Positions 28,204 to 38,040 of a DNA stretch of 64,000 nt are shown one piece after another. The notes beneath the pieces were generated by a model. That model was not told the DNA's origin and made no database searches. It saw nothing but the letters and a program-made list of their open reading frames with translations. Every line of letters starts with the position of its first letter. The first letter of the stretch is position 1. Both the position numbers and the translations under genes were made by a program. The DNA lies in the IMG/VR virus record IMGVR_UViG_3300025934_000014, positions 58,116-122,115 of that record; one strand, given 5' to 3'. The DNA comes from a virus. Its lineage: Duplodnaviria > Caudoviricetes.

Positions 28204-30024
28204 ATGAACACTCCGGATCCCGGCCAACACATTCAACTCATTCAAACCCCGACGGGCCTGATGAACGTCATCCGCCCGGTGGCCGAGCGGCTGCTGGCCG
28301 AGGGCGTGATCAGCGGCGAGATGGGCAACCTGCACGCGGCCGATGCGGCGACGGTGAAGGCCGCGATGATCGGCGGCGCGGCGGTTTGCGACTTCTGTTC
28401 GTCGCCCGGTGCGACCCACGCGTTCCCGGTCCCGGACTTTGAGATGCCGCACGGCATCGGCACCAGTCAGGGTGGCTGGGCCGCGTGCGACGAGTGCCAC
28501 GCACTGGTGCTCGCGAAGCGGAAGAAGGATCTACTGGCGCGTGCGCTGGGCGGGATGTCGTTCCCGAAGTTCTCCAAGCACGCCATCGGAGAACTGCACG
28601 ACAAGTTCTGGCAGGCGCTGGAGTTCACGGAGAGCACGCTGGCGCTCGCGTCCCGCCTGCGGGAGTTCGCGGACGACAAGCTCCCGGCCGACGTGCTGCC
28701 CTACGCTGGCACGTCCCTCGCGACGATGGGGCCATTGGTCACGACGCGTGCGAAGCGGCTCCAGACGCTGATGGGTGTCACCGGGCTGTCGGCGTCCGAG
28801 ATCGAATCGTTCATCAATGCCGAGGACATGACGGCGATGCCGCCGGAGGTGCTGGTCAAGCTCGCGGCATGGGTGCGCCGCGTCGGTAAGCTGGACTCGC
28901 AGACGTTCGGCAACATGCTGCTGGGTGTCCATAAGCCAGCGACACAGGACCAGACGCCGCACTGGCAGCAAGCCCTCGATGCGAAGTTTGAAGCAGCGGT
29001 GCTGCTGAAGAAGTTGATGAGCAGCGATCAGCACGAGGAGTACTTTCCGGACGCCGTGGACCTGAACGATCAGGCGGCGGTGAAGCGGATGATGAAGCTC
29101 GCGGAGGCGCGGAAGTCCCTGCGACATCTTGGGTTCGATCAGGACTTGCGGTTGCTGCCGGTCGCACAGGCGTACAGCTTCAACGGCGAGACGGCGGCGG
29201 CGATCCAAGAGGCCGCAGTGGGCATCCCGCACGACGCGCCGCTGTCGTCCGTCGAGACACCGAACACCGGATGCGGCTGGTTCTGGTTCAGCGACCCGCT
29301 GGCGGTCGCGGCGAGTCCGGCGGCATCGGACCATACCAACGCGCTGCTGTGGGCGTGGACGAACGTGAAGGGCACGGACGCGTCTGGCACCGAGACGCTG
29401 AACAGTGCGGCGCTGATGTTCTCGGCCTACGTGCGCGACACGAAGGGCCGGGATTCCCACAAGCTCCTGCCCTCGACGCGGTGGTACTGGCCGCTGTCGA
29501 TGTCTTTCCACGAGATGCTGGGGCTGAACACCAAAAGCTGGCGGCAGACCTACGGGCCGGGCACACCGCTGCATGGCGACCCGAACATCATCAGCGAGGA
29601 GGCGACGATCAAGGTGATTGCCGACCTGAGCCTGTTCTTCGTGATGGCGTGCCTCTGGTTCCGGCAGACGGTGCCGGGCCAGCCGAAGAAGAAGGTGGAC
29701 CCGGTGCTCACGCAGTCGGAGGGCCACGTCGAGCGCCACGCACGCAAGCGGATGCAACGGGAGTTCAAACTCCCCGACAAGCCGACCGTGACCGTGGTCG
29801 CGCTCCGCAAGGCCGTGCGCGTGGCGGTCGAGCCGACCGAGGGCGCAGCGGCGAGTAGCTCGCGGCAGTATCACGTGCGGTGGATCGTGAAGGGCCATCC
29901 GCGCATGCAGGCGTGCGGACCCGGCCGCGCAGATCGCAAGTTGATCTGGATCGAGTCGCATCCTGCGGGTCCAGAAGACAAGCCACTTCGTACGAAGACG
30001 ACCGTGTTCGCGGTCGTGCGATAG
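28204..30024 (+). CDS. large phage hypothetical protein with N-terminal zinc finger
   Basis: CDFC...WAACDEC; C-terminal RWIVKGHPRMQACGPGRADRKLIWI motif. Confidence 0.65.
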   Translation: MNTPDPGQHIQLIQTPTGLMNVIRPVAERLLAEGVISGEMGNLHAADAATVKAAMIGGAAVCDFCSSPGATHAFPVPDFEMPHGIGTSQGGWAACDECHALVLAKRKKDLLARALGGMSFPKFSKHAIGELHDKFWQALEFTESTLALASRLREFADDKLPADVLPYAGTSLATMGPLVTTRAKRLQTLMGVTGLSASEIESFINAEDMTAMPPEVLVKLAAWVRRVGKLDSQTFGNMLLGVHKPATQDQTPHWQQALDAKFEAAVLLKKLMSSDQHEEYFPDAVDLNDQAAVKRMMKLAEARKSLRHLGFDQDLRLLPVAQAYSFNGETAAAIQEAAVGIPHDAPLSSVETPNTGCGWFWFSDPLAVAASPAASDHTNALLWAWTNVKGTDASGTETLNSAALMFSAYVRDTKGRDSHKLLPSTRWYWPLSMSFHEMLGLNTKSWRQTYGPGTPLHGDPNIISEEATIKVIADLSLFFVMACLWFRQTVPGQPKKKVDPVLTQSEGHVERHARKRMQREFKLPDKPTVTVVALRKAVRVAVEPTEGAAASSSRQYHVRWIVKGHPRMQACGPGRADRKLIWIESHPAGPEDKPLRTKTTVFAVVR

Positions 30025-30203
30025 GAGACGACGATGACACGCGAAGATCGCGCACGCAAGATCGAGCAGTTGCTGAAAGCCTCCCAAGCCAGAGGGCAGG
30101 GGCCACACGGTCGCACGATTCACGCGGTGATGGCGCAGGTTCACGCCCTCATGCAGACGCGGCGGCTGATTGTGATCCCGAGAGTGCAGCAGGACGCGCA
30201 GCG

Positions 30204-30875
30204 ATGACGACGCATCGCGAGCAGTGCGAGAAGGACTACGCGGAGTTCATGGAGCGCATCGCGAGCCACACCGTGACCGTCCTGCGCGACGACGGGCTGT
30301 ATCGGCATCTGCGCTGCCGGGCGCACGGCTACGCCTACTCGTTTGACATCGTCACGTGGCCCGGCTACCTCGCGTACGTCGGAGACATGGGCAGCTTCGT
30401 GTTCTCGCGGTTGCCGGATATGTTTGAGTTCTTTCGCGAGAAAGAGTCGCCGCTGGTGGACCGCCAGTATTTCGCGGAGAAGGCGGTCGCGGCCGACAAG
30501 CACGACGGCATCCGAAAGTTCAGCGAGGAGCGGTTCAAGGTTGTCGTCAAGGAAGACTTCGCGACATTCACCGATGGGTGGACGGACGAGGAGCGTGCAG
30601 AGTTGTGGTCCGAGGTCGAGGACCGCGTGCTGGTGTTCCTCGATGAAGGGTACTCGTCGGTGATGCGAGCCGCGCTCGACCTGACAGCTACGCACGAGGG
30701 GCGGACCCTGCCGGTGTTCCCTGAACTGTGGGACACGTCGATGGAGGAGTACACGCCGCGCTTCTGGTGGTGCTGTTACGCCATCCCGTGGGCGGTCGCG
30801 CGGTACGACGGGTTGAAGGACATCGAGTCCGGCAAGCGTCGGCCGGACTTTCCGGGCGCGGCCACCCGCGCATGA
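30204..30875 (+). CDS. conserved phage hypothetical protein
   Basis: DDGLYRHLRC..FDIVTWPGYL..GDMG.FVFSR..DMFEFFR. Confidence 0.65.
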   Translation: MTTHREQCEKDYAEFMERIASHTVTVLRDDGLYRHLRCRAHGYAYSFDIVTWPGYLAYVGDMGSFVFSRLPDMFEFFREKESPLVDRQYFAEKAVAADKHDGIRKFSEERFKVVVKEDFATFTDGWTDEERAELWSEVEDRVLVFLDEGYSSVMRAALDLTATHEGRTLPVFPELWDTSMEEYTPRFWWCCYAIPWAVARYDGLKDIESGKRRPDFPGAATRA

Positions 30876-32032
30876 CCACGTGGCGGTATGACTCCCTGTC
30901 GAGTGATGCCGTCTACGTCGTCACGCTGGCGGACAACGGGCTACTGGGGTGCGAGTGCAAAGGCTGGCTGCTGGCCCGGCGCGGGATGCCGCACTGGTGC
31001 TCGCACACCCGCGACGTGGTCGAGCGGCACGGCCTCGTAGTCGAGGAGCGCGGGGACTACGTATTCGCCATGCAAAAGAAAGGGTTGACTTCCGGGAACA
31101 TCGCCATTATCATTAGAGGCGTTGGGGCGATGCGCCCCGAGGAGGCGGTGACGGTGGCGACGGCGGCGACGACGATGGGACAACTGGACGCGATGAAAGC
31201 CAGCGCGATGGTGGAAGGCAAGTTCGGCCACCTGTTCGACGCCGAGGGCTTCATGGTTCCCGCGAAATTCGACGCGGCGTTCGGCACGGGCGAGTGGACG
31301 ATGGACGAGAAACTCGACGGCCATCGCTGCTTGATCACCAAAGCCGACGGCGCGATCACGACGACGCTCCGCTCGATTCCCTCCCTGCCCTCCCAGATTC
31401 TCGACGCAATGGCGACGATGCCGGACGGCGTGTATGACGGCGAACTCCTCGTGCCCGATGGCATCTCGACCGACGTGCCGAACCTTGCCCTGCGCGGCGA
31501 ACTGGTGTTCGCGATGTTCGACCTCGTGGAAGTGATGGGTGAGTCGGTGATTCACCTCGCGCTCAAGGACCGCCGGGCGCTCCTGCTGGTCGCAGGCCAG
31601 CACGCGCAGAACGAGTCGGTGGTTGTAGTTGCCCAGCAAGCTCCGTCATGGGACGGCGTCAAGGCCATCTGGGCGAACGGTGGCGAGGGTGTCATTCTCA
31701 AGAGGCTGTCCAGCAAGTACCGCCCCGGCCACCGGTCGGCGGACTGGCTCAAGGTGAAGCGATTGGAACAGCACACCGTGACCGTGACCGGCTTTGAGAC
31801 GGGATCGTTCGGGCCGACGGCCGTGGTGCTCGTGCGGTTCGATGACGGCACGAAGGGCCGCTGCAAAAACCGGAACAGCGAACTGCTGGCCGCGACGGCC
31901 GCGAACCCGGCCGCGTTCATTGGGCGGCGGCTGGTGGTCGAGTGCCAGCAGCGCGTGCGCGGGAGCAACAAGCCCCGGCACCCGATGATGAAGGCGTTTG
32001 AAACAGATCATCTGGCCGGAGAGGCCGAATAG
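30872..32032 (+). CDS. ATP-dependent DNA ligase with N-terminal SWIM-like finger
   Basis: Motifs EKLDGHR (I), DGEL (III), FDL (IIIa), EGVILK (IV), WLKVK (V) plus OB domain; N-terminal CECKGW..CSH. Confidence 0.88.
   Translation: MTTWRYDSLSSDAVYVVTLADNGLLGCECKGWLLARRGMPHWCSHTRDVVERHGLVVEERGDYVFAMQKKGLTSGNIAIIIRGVGAMRPEEAVTVATAATTMGQLDAMKASAMVEGKFGHLFDAEGFMVPAKFDAAFGTGEWTMDEKLDGHRCLITKADGAITTTLRSIPSLPSQILDAMATMPDGVYDGELLVPDGISTDVPNLALRGELVFAMFDLVEVMGESVIHLALKDRRALLLVAGQHAQNESVVVVAQQAPSWDGVKAIWANGGEGVILKRLSSKYRPGHRSADWLKVKRLEQHTVTVTGFETGSFGPTAVVLVRFDDGTKGRCKNRNSELLAATAANPAAFIGRRLVVECQQRVRGSNKPRHPMMKAFETDHLAGEAE
31085..31113 (+). promoter_or_regulatory. sigma70-type phage promoter inside the ligase ORF
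   Basis: TTGACT-17-TATCAT with GGGAACATCG in spacer. Confidence 0.7.
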
Positions 32033-32041
32033 GAGACGACG

Positions 32042-32377
32042 ATGGGTGTCAGGATTCTGCGGGACCAAGAGGCCGACGTGGCGGTGCTGTATTGCTCGAC
32101 CTCCGACTGGGCCTTCGGGCCGGTGGTCGGTGAGAAGCACGAGCGCGAGGCCGACGAGCGGCTCCAGTCGTTTCTGGAGTGGCACGCAGGCGACGTGCGG
32201 CTTCTGTCGGAGGCGGACCTGTCCGCCGCGTGGCAGGCGTGGCAGGCGCAGGAGCTTGACCAGTACGCGAAGGAGCGGCTGGCCGGGCTGGAGAAGGACG
32301 AGTACAACGGTGCCCTGCTGGACACCGAGGTTGAGGAACTGGCGGCGCTCCGGGCGCGGTTTCTCACGGTACCGTGA
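32042..32377 (+). CDS. hypothetical protein
   Basis: AGGAGACGACG-ATG; LYCSTSDWAFGPV. Confidence 0.6.
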   Translation: MGVRILRDQEADVAVLYCSTSDWAFGPVVGEKHEREADERLQSFLEWHAGDVRLLSEADLSAAWQAWQAQELDQYAKERLAGLEKDEYNGALLDTEVEELAALRARFLTVP

Positions 32378-32378
32378 A
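32363..32378. repeat. 16-bp palindrome copy 2 (CTCACGGTACCGTGAA)
   Basis: 15/16 match, overlaps stop codon. Confidence 0.85.
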
Positions 32379-32492
32379 CGTCCTGCGCGACGTGCTGACG
32401 TTTCTGTTCGTGACCCTGCCCGGCTTGTGGCGGCGGTGGCAGTGGGACCGGCAGGGCGATCAGAAGCTCGCAGAGCGGCTCCGGAGGGACGC

Positions 32493-32978
32493 ATGACCTC
32501 GCCCCTCCCCACGGAAGCGGGATTGCTCCGCGTGGCGCTGGCGCTGGCGATGGGCACCTTCAAGGAGGCGTGCGACACCGCGACGGCGTTCCTCGTGGCC
32601 CGGCAGTCTCGCGAGGAGGCGCTGGATGGGTTCGAGGGCGTCGTGACCGCACGGGTCGCGGAGATTAACGCACTGGTCGAGCAGGCGGACGAGTCCGCCC
32701 GGCGCAGAGACGAGGACACGATGACGGTGTATGTCGGCACGCGGATGGACACGGACAACGAGGGCAAGGTCACAGTGCTCGCGGTGAGCACGGCGCGGCT
32801 GGTGGTGATCGAGGCCATCAAGGCCGACATCGACAAGGACATCTCCGACAACCCGGACGATGACGCGGTCGAGTCCCTCGCAATACTGGACGAGCCATTC
32901 GACCCGGCGGTGGGCGACTGGTCGGCGCACGGTGGCCTCACGGTCTGGCAGATCGCTGAGTGCAAGGTGATTGAGTAG
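32493..32978 (+). CDS. acidic hypothetical protein
   Basis: GGAGGG RBS, ATG 32493. Confidence 0.55.
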   Translation: MTSPLPTEAGLLRVALALAMGTFKEACDTATAFLVARQSREEALDGFEGVVTARVAEINALVEQADESARRRDEDTMTVYVGTRMDTDNEGKVTVLAVSTARLVVIEAIKADIDKDISDNPDDDAVESLAILDEPFDPAVGDWSAHGGLTVWQIAECKVIE

Positions 32979-32987
32979 GAGACGACG

Positions 32988-33449
32988 ATGAAGATGAACG
33001 ACGTGAGTCTGGTCGAGGAGTGCTTTACGCACGTGGACCCAGATACCGGAGCGCAAACGACATGGGCCGCAGGGGCGCTCTACACGTTCTGCGTGGCGAA
33101 CCCGGACAAGGTATCCATTGGCACGGTGCCGGTGGACGAGGAGCACGCGCGGTTTTGCTTTACGCATCGCGGCGTCGAGGCGAACCGGTTTGCGATCTTC
33201 GTGCAGCATCCCGAGTTCCTGAAGAAGCCGATCCTGTTCGTGCTGATGCCGGACGGCCAGCATCTCCTGATCGACGGGACGCATCGCTACGTCTGCCTGT
33301 TTGCGCTCAAGATCCCGGAGGCGCGAGCCTACGTGGTGCCCTACGAGGTCGCGAAGCCGTTCATCATCGAGGACATCCCGCAGACCAGCGTCGAGGAGGT
33401 GATGGCTCCGTCGCACATCGCCACGCTGCGAGCACTGGGCCTGATGTGA
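32988..33449 (+). CDS. ParB/Srx-like N-terminal domain protein
   Basis: PILFV...HLLIDGTHRY motif. Confidence 0.6.
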   Translation: MKMNDVSLVEECFTHVDPDTGAQTTWAAGALYTFCVANPDKVSIGTVPVDEEHARFCFTHRGVEANRFAIFVQHPEFLKKPILFVLMPDGQHLLIDGTHRYVCLFALKIPEARAYVVPYEVAKPFIIEDIPQTSVEEVMAPSHIATLRALGLM

Positions 33450-33637
33450 CGTTCCTCCTGCCCCCGCACGAGCGGATCCAGCGAGCGGTGGCGTTCTGGC
33501 AACGCATCGAGCAGAAGGCGCTCACCGGCGCACCGCTCGATCAGGTGGACGCCGACGAGATCGCGCTCTTACAGATCGGCGGCATCGACGTGGAGTCGCA
33601 GACGATGCTGCTGGCGGATAATTCTGGACTGCTGGCC

Positions 33638-33666
33638 TTGCTATTAGGGGACGATAGTATTACCAT
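33638..33666 (+). promoter_or_regulatory. sigma70-type phage promoter
   Basis: TTGCTA-17-TACCAT. Confidence 0.65.
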
Positions 33667-33728
33667 TGATGTAGATTCAGGGAGCGCGACGAAGCACTAA
33701 GCTCCTGACGACGGAGGCGACGACGACG

Positions 33729-34280
33729 ATGAAGCGCAAGAAGCAGAAGAAGATCGACTGGTCACAGGTGCCGTGGACGGAATTCGAGCCGTGCCAGATT
33801 CCGATGGATGGCTTGAACGCGTACGACAAGCCAGAGGCGATCTTCCGCAACTCCCGGTATCAGGTGACGGTGTATGTGCGCGAGCCGCGCGATGTCGAGC
33901 ACTCGGTCTTCGGCGTCATTGCGCATCTGTCGTTCAAGGTGCATGACAAGCAGCCGCACCACGACTGGCGCGACATGCAGCGCATCAAGAACGAAATCTG
34001 CGGCCCCGAGTTCGACGCGGTCGAAATCTTCCCGGCCGAATCGAAGTTGGTAGACAGCGCCAACCAGTACCACTTGTTCGTGTTCCAGACCTACAAGCTG
34101 CCCTTCGGCTTCCAGACGCGACTGGTCGGGGACGGCAACTGGCAGAGCAGCGTGCAGCGGCCATTTCCGCCCGGTGAGCGCCCGGCGGATTGTCTCTCAG
34201 CGGATCAATATCAGGCGGCGGTCGATGACGCGGTCGCACGCATGAAAGCCGGTCGGTCCACCGACCTTTCACAGGAGTAG
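33729..34280 (+). CDS. conserved phage hypothetical protein
   Basis: HDWRDMQRIKNEICG.E.DAVEIFPAES.LVD.ANQYHL. Confidence 0.7.
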   Translation: MKRKKQKKIDWSQVPWTEFEPCQIPMDGLNAYDKPEAIFRNSRYQVTVYVREPRDVEHSVFGVIAHLSFKVHDKQPHHDWRDMQRIKNEICGPEFDAVEIFPAESKLVDSANQYHLFVFQTYKLPFGFQTRLVGDGNWQSSVQRPFPPGERPADCLSADQYQAAVDDAVARMKAGRSTDLSQE

Positions 34281-34561
34281 TGATGTTCAAGAGCAATGGT
34301 CTGATTCGGCGGCTGGCACTGGTCGGTGCGCAGCCACGCGTAGCGGAACTGACACGCGAGATTGACGAGCGCGTGGCCGAGCGTGCGGCGATTGTCGAGA
34401 CGTTCCCGGAGTTGGCGATGTTTCCCAAGCCGGAGCGCAAGATCCGCAAGGTGCGGAAGGATCGCGGCAAGCGCCGCACGATGACGCCGGAGCAGCGAGC
34501 GGCGGTGTCGAAGCGGATGAAGGCGCACTGGAACCGGAAGCGTCGGGAGGCCAGCCTGTGA
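34280..34561 (+). CDS. small basic putative DNA-binding protein
   Basis: Coiled coil followed by KRRTMTPEQRAAVSKRMKAHW. Confidence 0.55.
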   Translation: MMFKSNGLIRRLALVGAQPRVAELTREIDERVAERAAIVETFPELAMFPKPERKIRKVRKDRGKRRTMTPEQRAAVSKRMKAHWNRKRREASL

Positions 34562-35481
34562 GAGCCGGACGCAAGCGTTGGTACGATGGCGTTTTGGACA
34601 TTCCCGAGGCGGAGTCGGGGCCAGTCAGCATCGTGCATCGGATCGAACCCGCCGGGACCACGATACGGTCAGGCAACATGCGCACGGCGATCTTCGGCCA
34701 GCGTGCGGAGGAGATTCACTACGAGGAGCCGACGCGCTGGCACACGCTCAGTGAGGAAGGCTTCGGCGTGTGGATGACCGACCTTCCCATCGAGCAGCGG
34801 CAGATGGACGAGTTGATTCAGAACAAAGCCTCCGGCCGTGTGCTGGTCGGGGGACTGGGCGTCGGCTACGCGGCGGTGGCGCTGGCGCACCGGCCACGCG
34901 TCAAGCAGATCGTGGTGGTCGAGCGGAGTCAGGACATTATCAATCTGGTCTGGGAGTCCACGCTGGCGAAGGTGCCGGACCCGTCGAAGCTCACCATCGT
35001 CAACGCCGACCTGTTCGACTACCTGAAGGCGCGTGAGTCGTTCTTCACGTGGGGGCTGTTCGACATCTGGCAGGGCGACGGTGAGACGACGTTTCACACC
35101 ACGGTCGTGCCGCTGCGCAAACTGGCCGATGGCATGGTCCGCACGGTCGAGTGCTGGAACGAAGACATCATGCGAGCGCAGTTGTTCCAAGGCATGGAGT
35201 CGCGCCTGTTGTGGCTCGACCATCCGCAGGCGAAGCAGATCGTCGGGTGCGACCTCGACGTGCTCGCCACGGACAACGAGTCCATCTACATCCAGTGGGC
35301 TGTGCCCTTCTGGCGCTGGTATCGCGAGAACAAAGCGTGGCTCACCGGCGACGAGATCGCGCACACGATGCGGCGCTACGTCACGTGCTACGGTCGGCCG
35401 GAGTTGCAGGATGGCCTGACGTGGCTGAAGTCGATGGCTCCGACGAAGCGGAAGCGGACGAGCGCCGCGCTGGCAACCTAG
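34558..35481 (+). CDS. class I SAM-dependent methyltransferase-fold protein (spermidine-synthase-like)
   Basis: WMTD.P.E, VLVGGLGVGY, VVE, ADLFDY, DIW. Confidence 0.75.
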   Translation: MRAGRKRWYDGVLDIPEAESGPVSIVHRIEPAGTTIRSGNMRTAIFGQRAEEIHYEEPTRWHTLSEEGFGVWMTDLPIEQRQMDELIQNKASGRVLVGGLGVGYAAVALAHRPRVKQIVVVERSQDIINLVWESTLAKVPDPSKLTIVNADLFDYLKARESFFTWGLFDIWQGDGETTFHTTVVPLRKLADGMVRTVECWNEDIMRAQLFQGMESRLLWLDHPQAKQIVGCDLDVLATDNESIYIQWAVPFWRWYRENKAWLTGDEIAHTMRRYVTCYGRPELQDGLTWLKSMAPTKRKRTSAALAT

Positions 35482-36693
35482 ATGACCTTCCTGCCTCGCG
35501 ACTACCAAGCGGACGCCATCGCCCGTAGCGTCCACTTCCTGACGCACGGCAAGCCCGACGCCGGGGGCGGACTCGTCGTCCTGCCCACCGGCGCGGGGAA
35601 GTCGATTGTCATTGCAGGAGTCGTGCAGGCGCTCGACGGGCCGTGCCTGATCTTTCAGCCGACGAAAGAGATCCTCGAACAGAACGCCAACAAGCTCCTC
35701 GCGTACGGCTACGACCCGAAGGTCTACTCGGCGTCGATGGGCACGCGGGAGATCGGCAACATCACGCTCGCGACCATCGGCAGCGTGAAGGACAACCCCG
35801 GCCTGTTCGACCACGTGCCGTACGTCATCGTGGACGAAGCGCACCTCGTGAACGCGAAGGCCGGGATGTACCAGCAGTTCATCGAGGCAATGGGTGCGGT
35901 GCGCGTGCTGGGTCTGACGGCCACGCCGTTCCGGCTGCACACCGACGGCTATGGCGGCTCGCAGTTGAAATTCCTCACGCGCACGCGGCCTCGCGTGTTC
36001 GGAGAAGTGGTGGCGTACGCACAAGTCAACGATCTGGTCGAGGCCGGGTATCTGGTGAAGCCGGAGTATCAGATCGTCTCCGGCTTCAAGGCCACCGAAC
36101 TGAAGCTGAACACCACGGGCGCGGACTACACCGACGAGTCGATCAAGCGATACTTCAATCGCATCGGGTTCAACGACCGCGTGCGGCGCGTGGTCGAGCG
36201 GCTCCTCGCGGTCGGCCGGAAGAACGCGCTGGTGTTCACGCGGTTCGTGGAGGATGCCGAGCGGCTGGCGCAGGCGGTGCCCGGTACGGCGGTCGTCACC
36301 TCCGACACGAAGCCGAAGCTGCGAGCGGCGACCATCGCGGCGTTCCGCGCTGGCGAGATCAAGGTCGTGGCGAACGTCGGCGTGCTGGGCATCGGCTTCG
36401 ACTACCCGGAACTGGAGACGGTGGTGCTGGCGCGGCCGACCATCTCACTGGCGCTCTACTACCAGCAAGTCGGACGACTCCTGCGACCGCACCCGGCGAA
36501 GACCTCCGCGTGGGTGGTGGATATGGTCGATCAGGTCGGCCAGTTCGGGCGCATCGAGGATCTGTGGCTCCAGCCCTCCGGCACCTCGCGCTACGGGGCG
36601 CTCTGGGAGATGGTGTCGAAGTCCAACGGGGCGACCAAGGTGCTCACAAATAAATACTTCGGAGACGGCAAATTTAAGCGCCGACGCCCTTGA
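35482..36693 (+). CDS. superfamily 2 helicase (DEAH, RadD/YejH-like)
   Basis: PRDYQ, PTGAGKS, DEAH, LTATP, GFDYP, QQVGRLLR. Confidence 0.92.
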   Translation: MTFLPRDYQADAIARSVHFLTHGKPDAGGGLVVLPTGAGKSIVIAGVVQALDGPCLIFQPTKEILEQNANKLLAYGYDPKVYSASMGTREIGNITLATIGSVKDNPGLFDHVPYVIVDEAHLVNAKAGMYQQFIEAMGAVRVLGLTATPFRLHTDGYGGSQLKFLTRTRPRVFGEVVAYAQVNDLVEAGYLVKPEYQIVSGFKATELKLNTTGADYTDESIKRYFNRIGFNDRVRRVVERLLAVGRKNALVFTRFVEDAERLAQAVPGTAVVTSDTKPKLRAATIAAFRAGEIKVVANVGVLGIGFDYPELETVVLARPTISLALYYQQVGRLLRPHPAKTSAWVVDMVDQVGQFGRIEDLWLQPSGTSRYGALWEMVSKSNGATKVLTNKYFGDGKFKRRRP

Positions 36694-36718
36694 CACGCGG
36701 GAACAATGGGATTACCAT
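36690..36718 (+). promoter_or_regulatory. sigma70-type phage promoter
   Basis: TTGACA-17-TACCAT with GGGAACAATG in spacer. Confidence 0.75.
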
Positions 36719-36860
36719 TAGGTTGTCAGTTGGCGGTGGGGTTCCTACCAGAGGCCAGTGACTCCAACGGAGAGGCGGCAGGGCGACCGCCAGCACGGGT
36801 GCCGCAACGGTGCCCAGTTCGGCGGCGGTGACGACGGCAACTTTTTAGGAGACGACGACG

Positions 36861-37655
36861 ATGGCTTCGATGCGGTCCCTGCAAAATCTCGACATCAATC
36901 TCGGGCTGTTCGGTTTCCCGGTCAAGGTCTACAAGGCCATCAACGACCCGGCCGAGGGCGTGAGCTTTCGACAGGTGCATGGCGCGTGCGGCACGCCGAT
37001 CAATCTGGTGAAGCGGTGCCAGACGTGCAAGGTGGACGTACAGCAGGCCGACCTCGTGAAGGGCTACGAGGCCACGCCCGGCAACTTCCTGACGTTCACC
37101 GAGGACGAGATCAAGGCGCTGCGCCCGGAACGTCTCGGCGTCGTGCAAGTCGATGGCTACGTCGGTGAGGACGCGGTCGGAGACAGCTACTACGACGGCT
37201 CCGTCTACTACCTGTCGCCCGGCGGCAAGGACCACACGACGTTCGTCACCTTCCGTGACGCACTGGGCGACCGGATGGCGGTCGGCAAGGTGGTCATGTA
37301 TGGCCGCGAGCGCGTCGTGGTGATTCGCTCGACGGGTAAGCTCCTCGCGATGCACTTCCTGCGCAACCATGCGGACATCCGGAACATCGTGGACGTGCCG
37401 CAGTACGCCGCCGTGCCGGAGCAGGCGAACGCCCAGCATCTGGGTCTGATGACGCAACTGATGGACGCCCAGCGCGTCAACTTCGATGACGTGGTACTGG
37501 AGTCGGACAGCTACGCCGACGCCGTGCGTGCCCTGATCCAGAGCCGCGTGGAGGGTTCCCCTGCGCCGGTACCAGCAGCGGTGGCCCCGCAGGCTGGGAC
37601 GGTGGATCTGATGGCGATGCTTCAGGCTTCGCTGGCCGCGACCAAGGCGGCATAG
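36861..37655 (+). CDS. ku: Ku DNA end-binding protein
   Basis: INLGLFGFPVKVYKA, SFRQVH, DLVKGYE, YYLSP, DLMAMLQASL. Confidence 0.92.
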   Translation: MASMRSLQNLDINLGLFGFPVKVYKAINDPAEGVSFRQVHGACGTPINLVKRCQTCKVDVQQADLVKGYEATPGNFLTFTEDEIKALRPERLGVVQVDGYVGEDAVGDSYYDGSVYYLSPGGKDHTTFVTFRDALGDRMAVGKVVMYGRERVVVIRSTGKLLAMHFLRNHADIRNIVDVPQYAAVPEQANAQHLGLMTQLMDAQRVNFDDVVLESDSYADAVRALIQSRVEGSPAPVPAAVAPQAGTVDLMAMLQASLAATKAA

Positions 37656-37662
37656 GAGACAC

Positions 37663-38040
37663 ATGCCCTCACTCACGATTCTGATTCCGAAGCCGGGCAC
37701 CGAGGCCGCACGGGTGATCGATGCCGGGTCCGGCATCGTCGCCCAGCACGCGGACGGCGACGAGGTCGAGGTCTATTACGAAGGCAACCGGCTGGGCGCG
37801 TCGAACCTGCGCAAGTTCGGAGATCGCGTGCTCTCGGCGGCGGGTCGGCTCGTGCAGAGTTACCCGACCATCGCACGCGGCACCTTCCCAGTGGCGGACT
37901 TCATCCCGGTCGGGTGGTTGGATTACACCCGCGACACCGTCGAACCGGCGACGATTCACATTCTGATGGGCGACCCCGGTGCCGCTCTGGTGAAATGGCT
38001 CGATGCTCCCACCGTACCCGCAGACCCTCGACCGTTTTAA
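37663..38040 (+). CDS. hypothetical protein
   Basis: AGGAG RBS. Confidence 0.55.
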   Translation: MPSLTILIPKPGTEAARVIDAGSGIVAQHADGDEVEVYYEGNRLGASNLRKFGDRVLSAAGRLVQSYPTIARGTFPVADFIPVGWLDYTRDTVEPATIHILMGDPGAALVKWLDAPTVPADPRPF

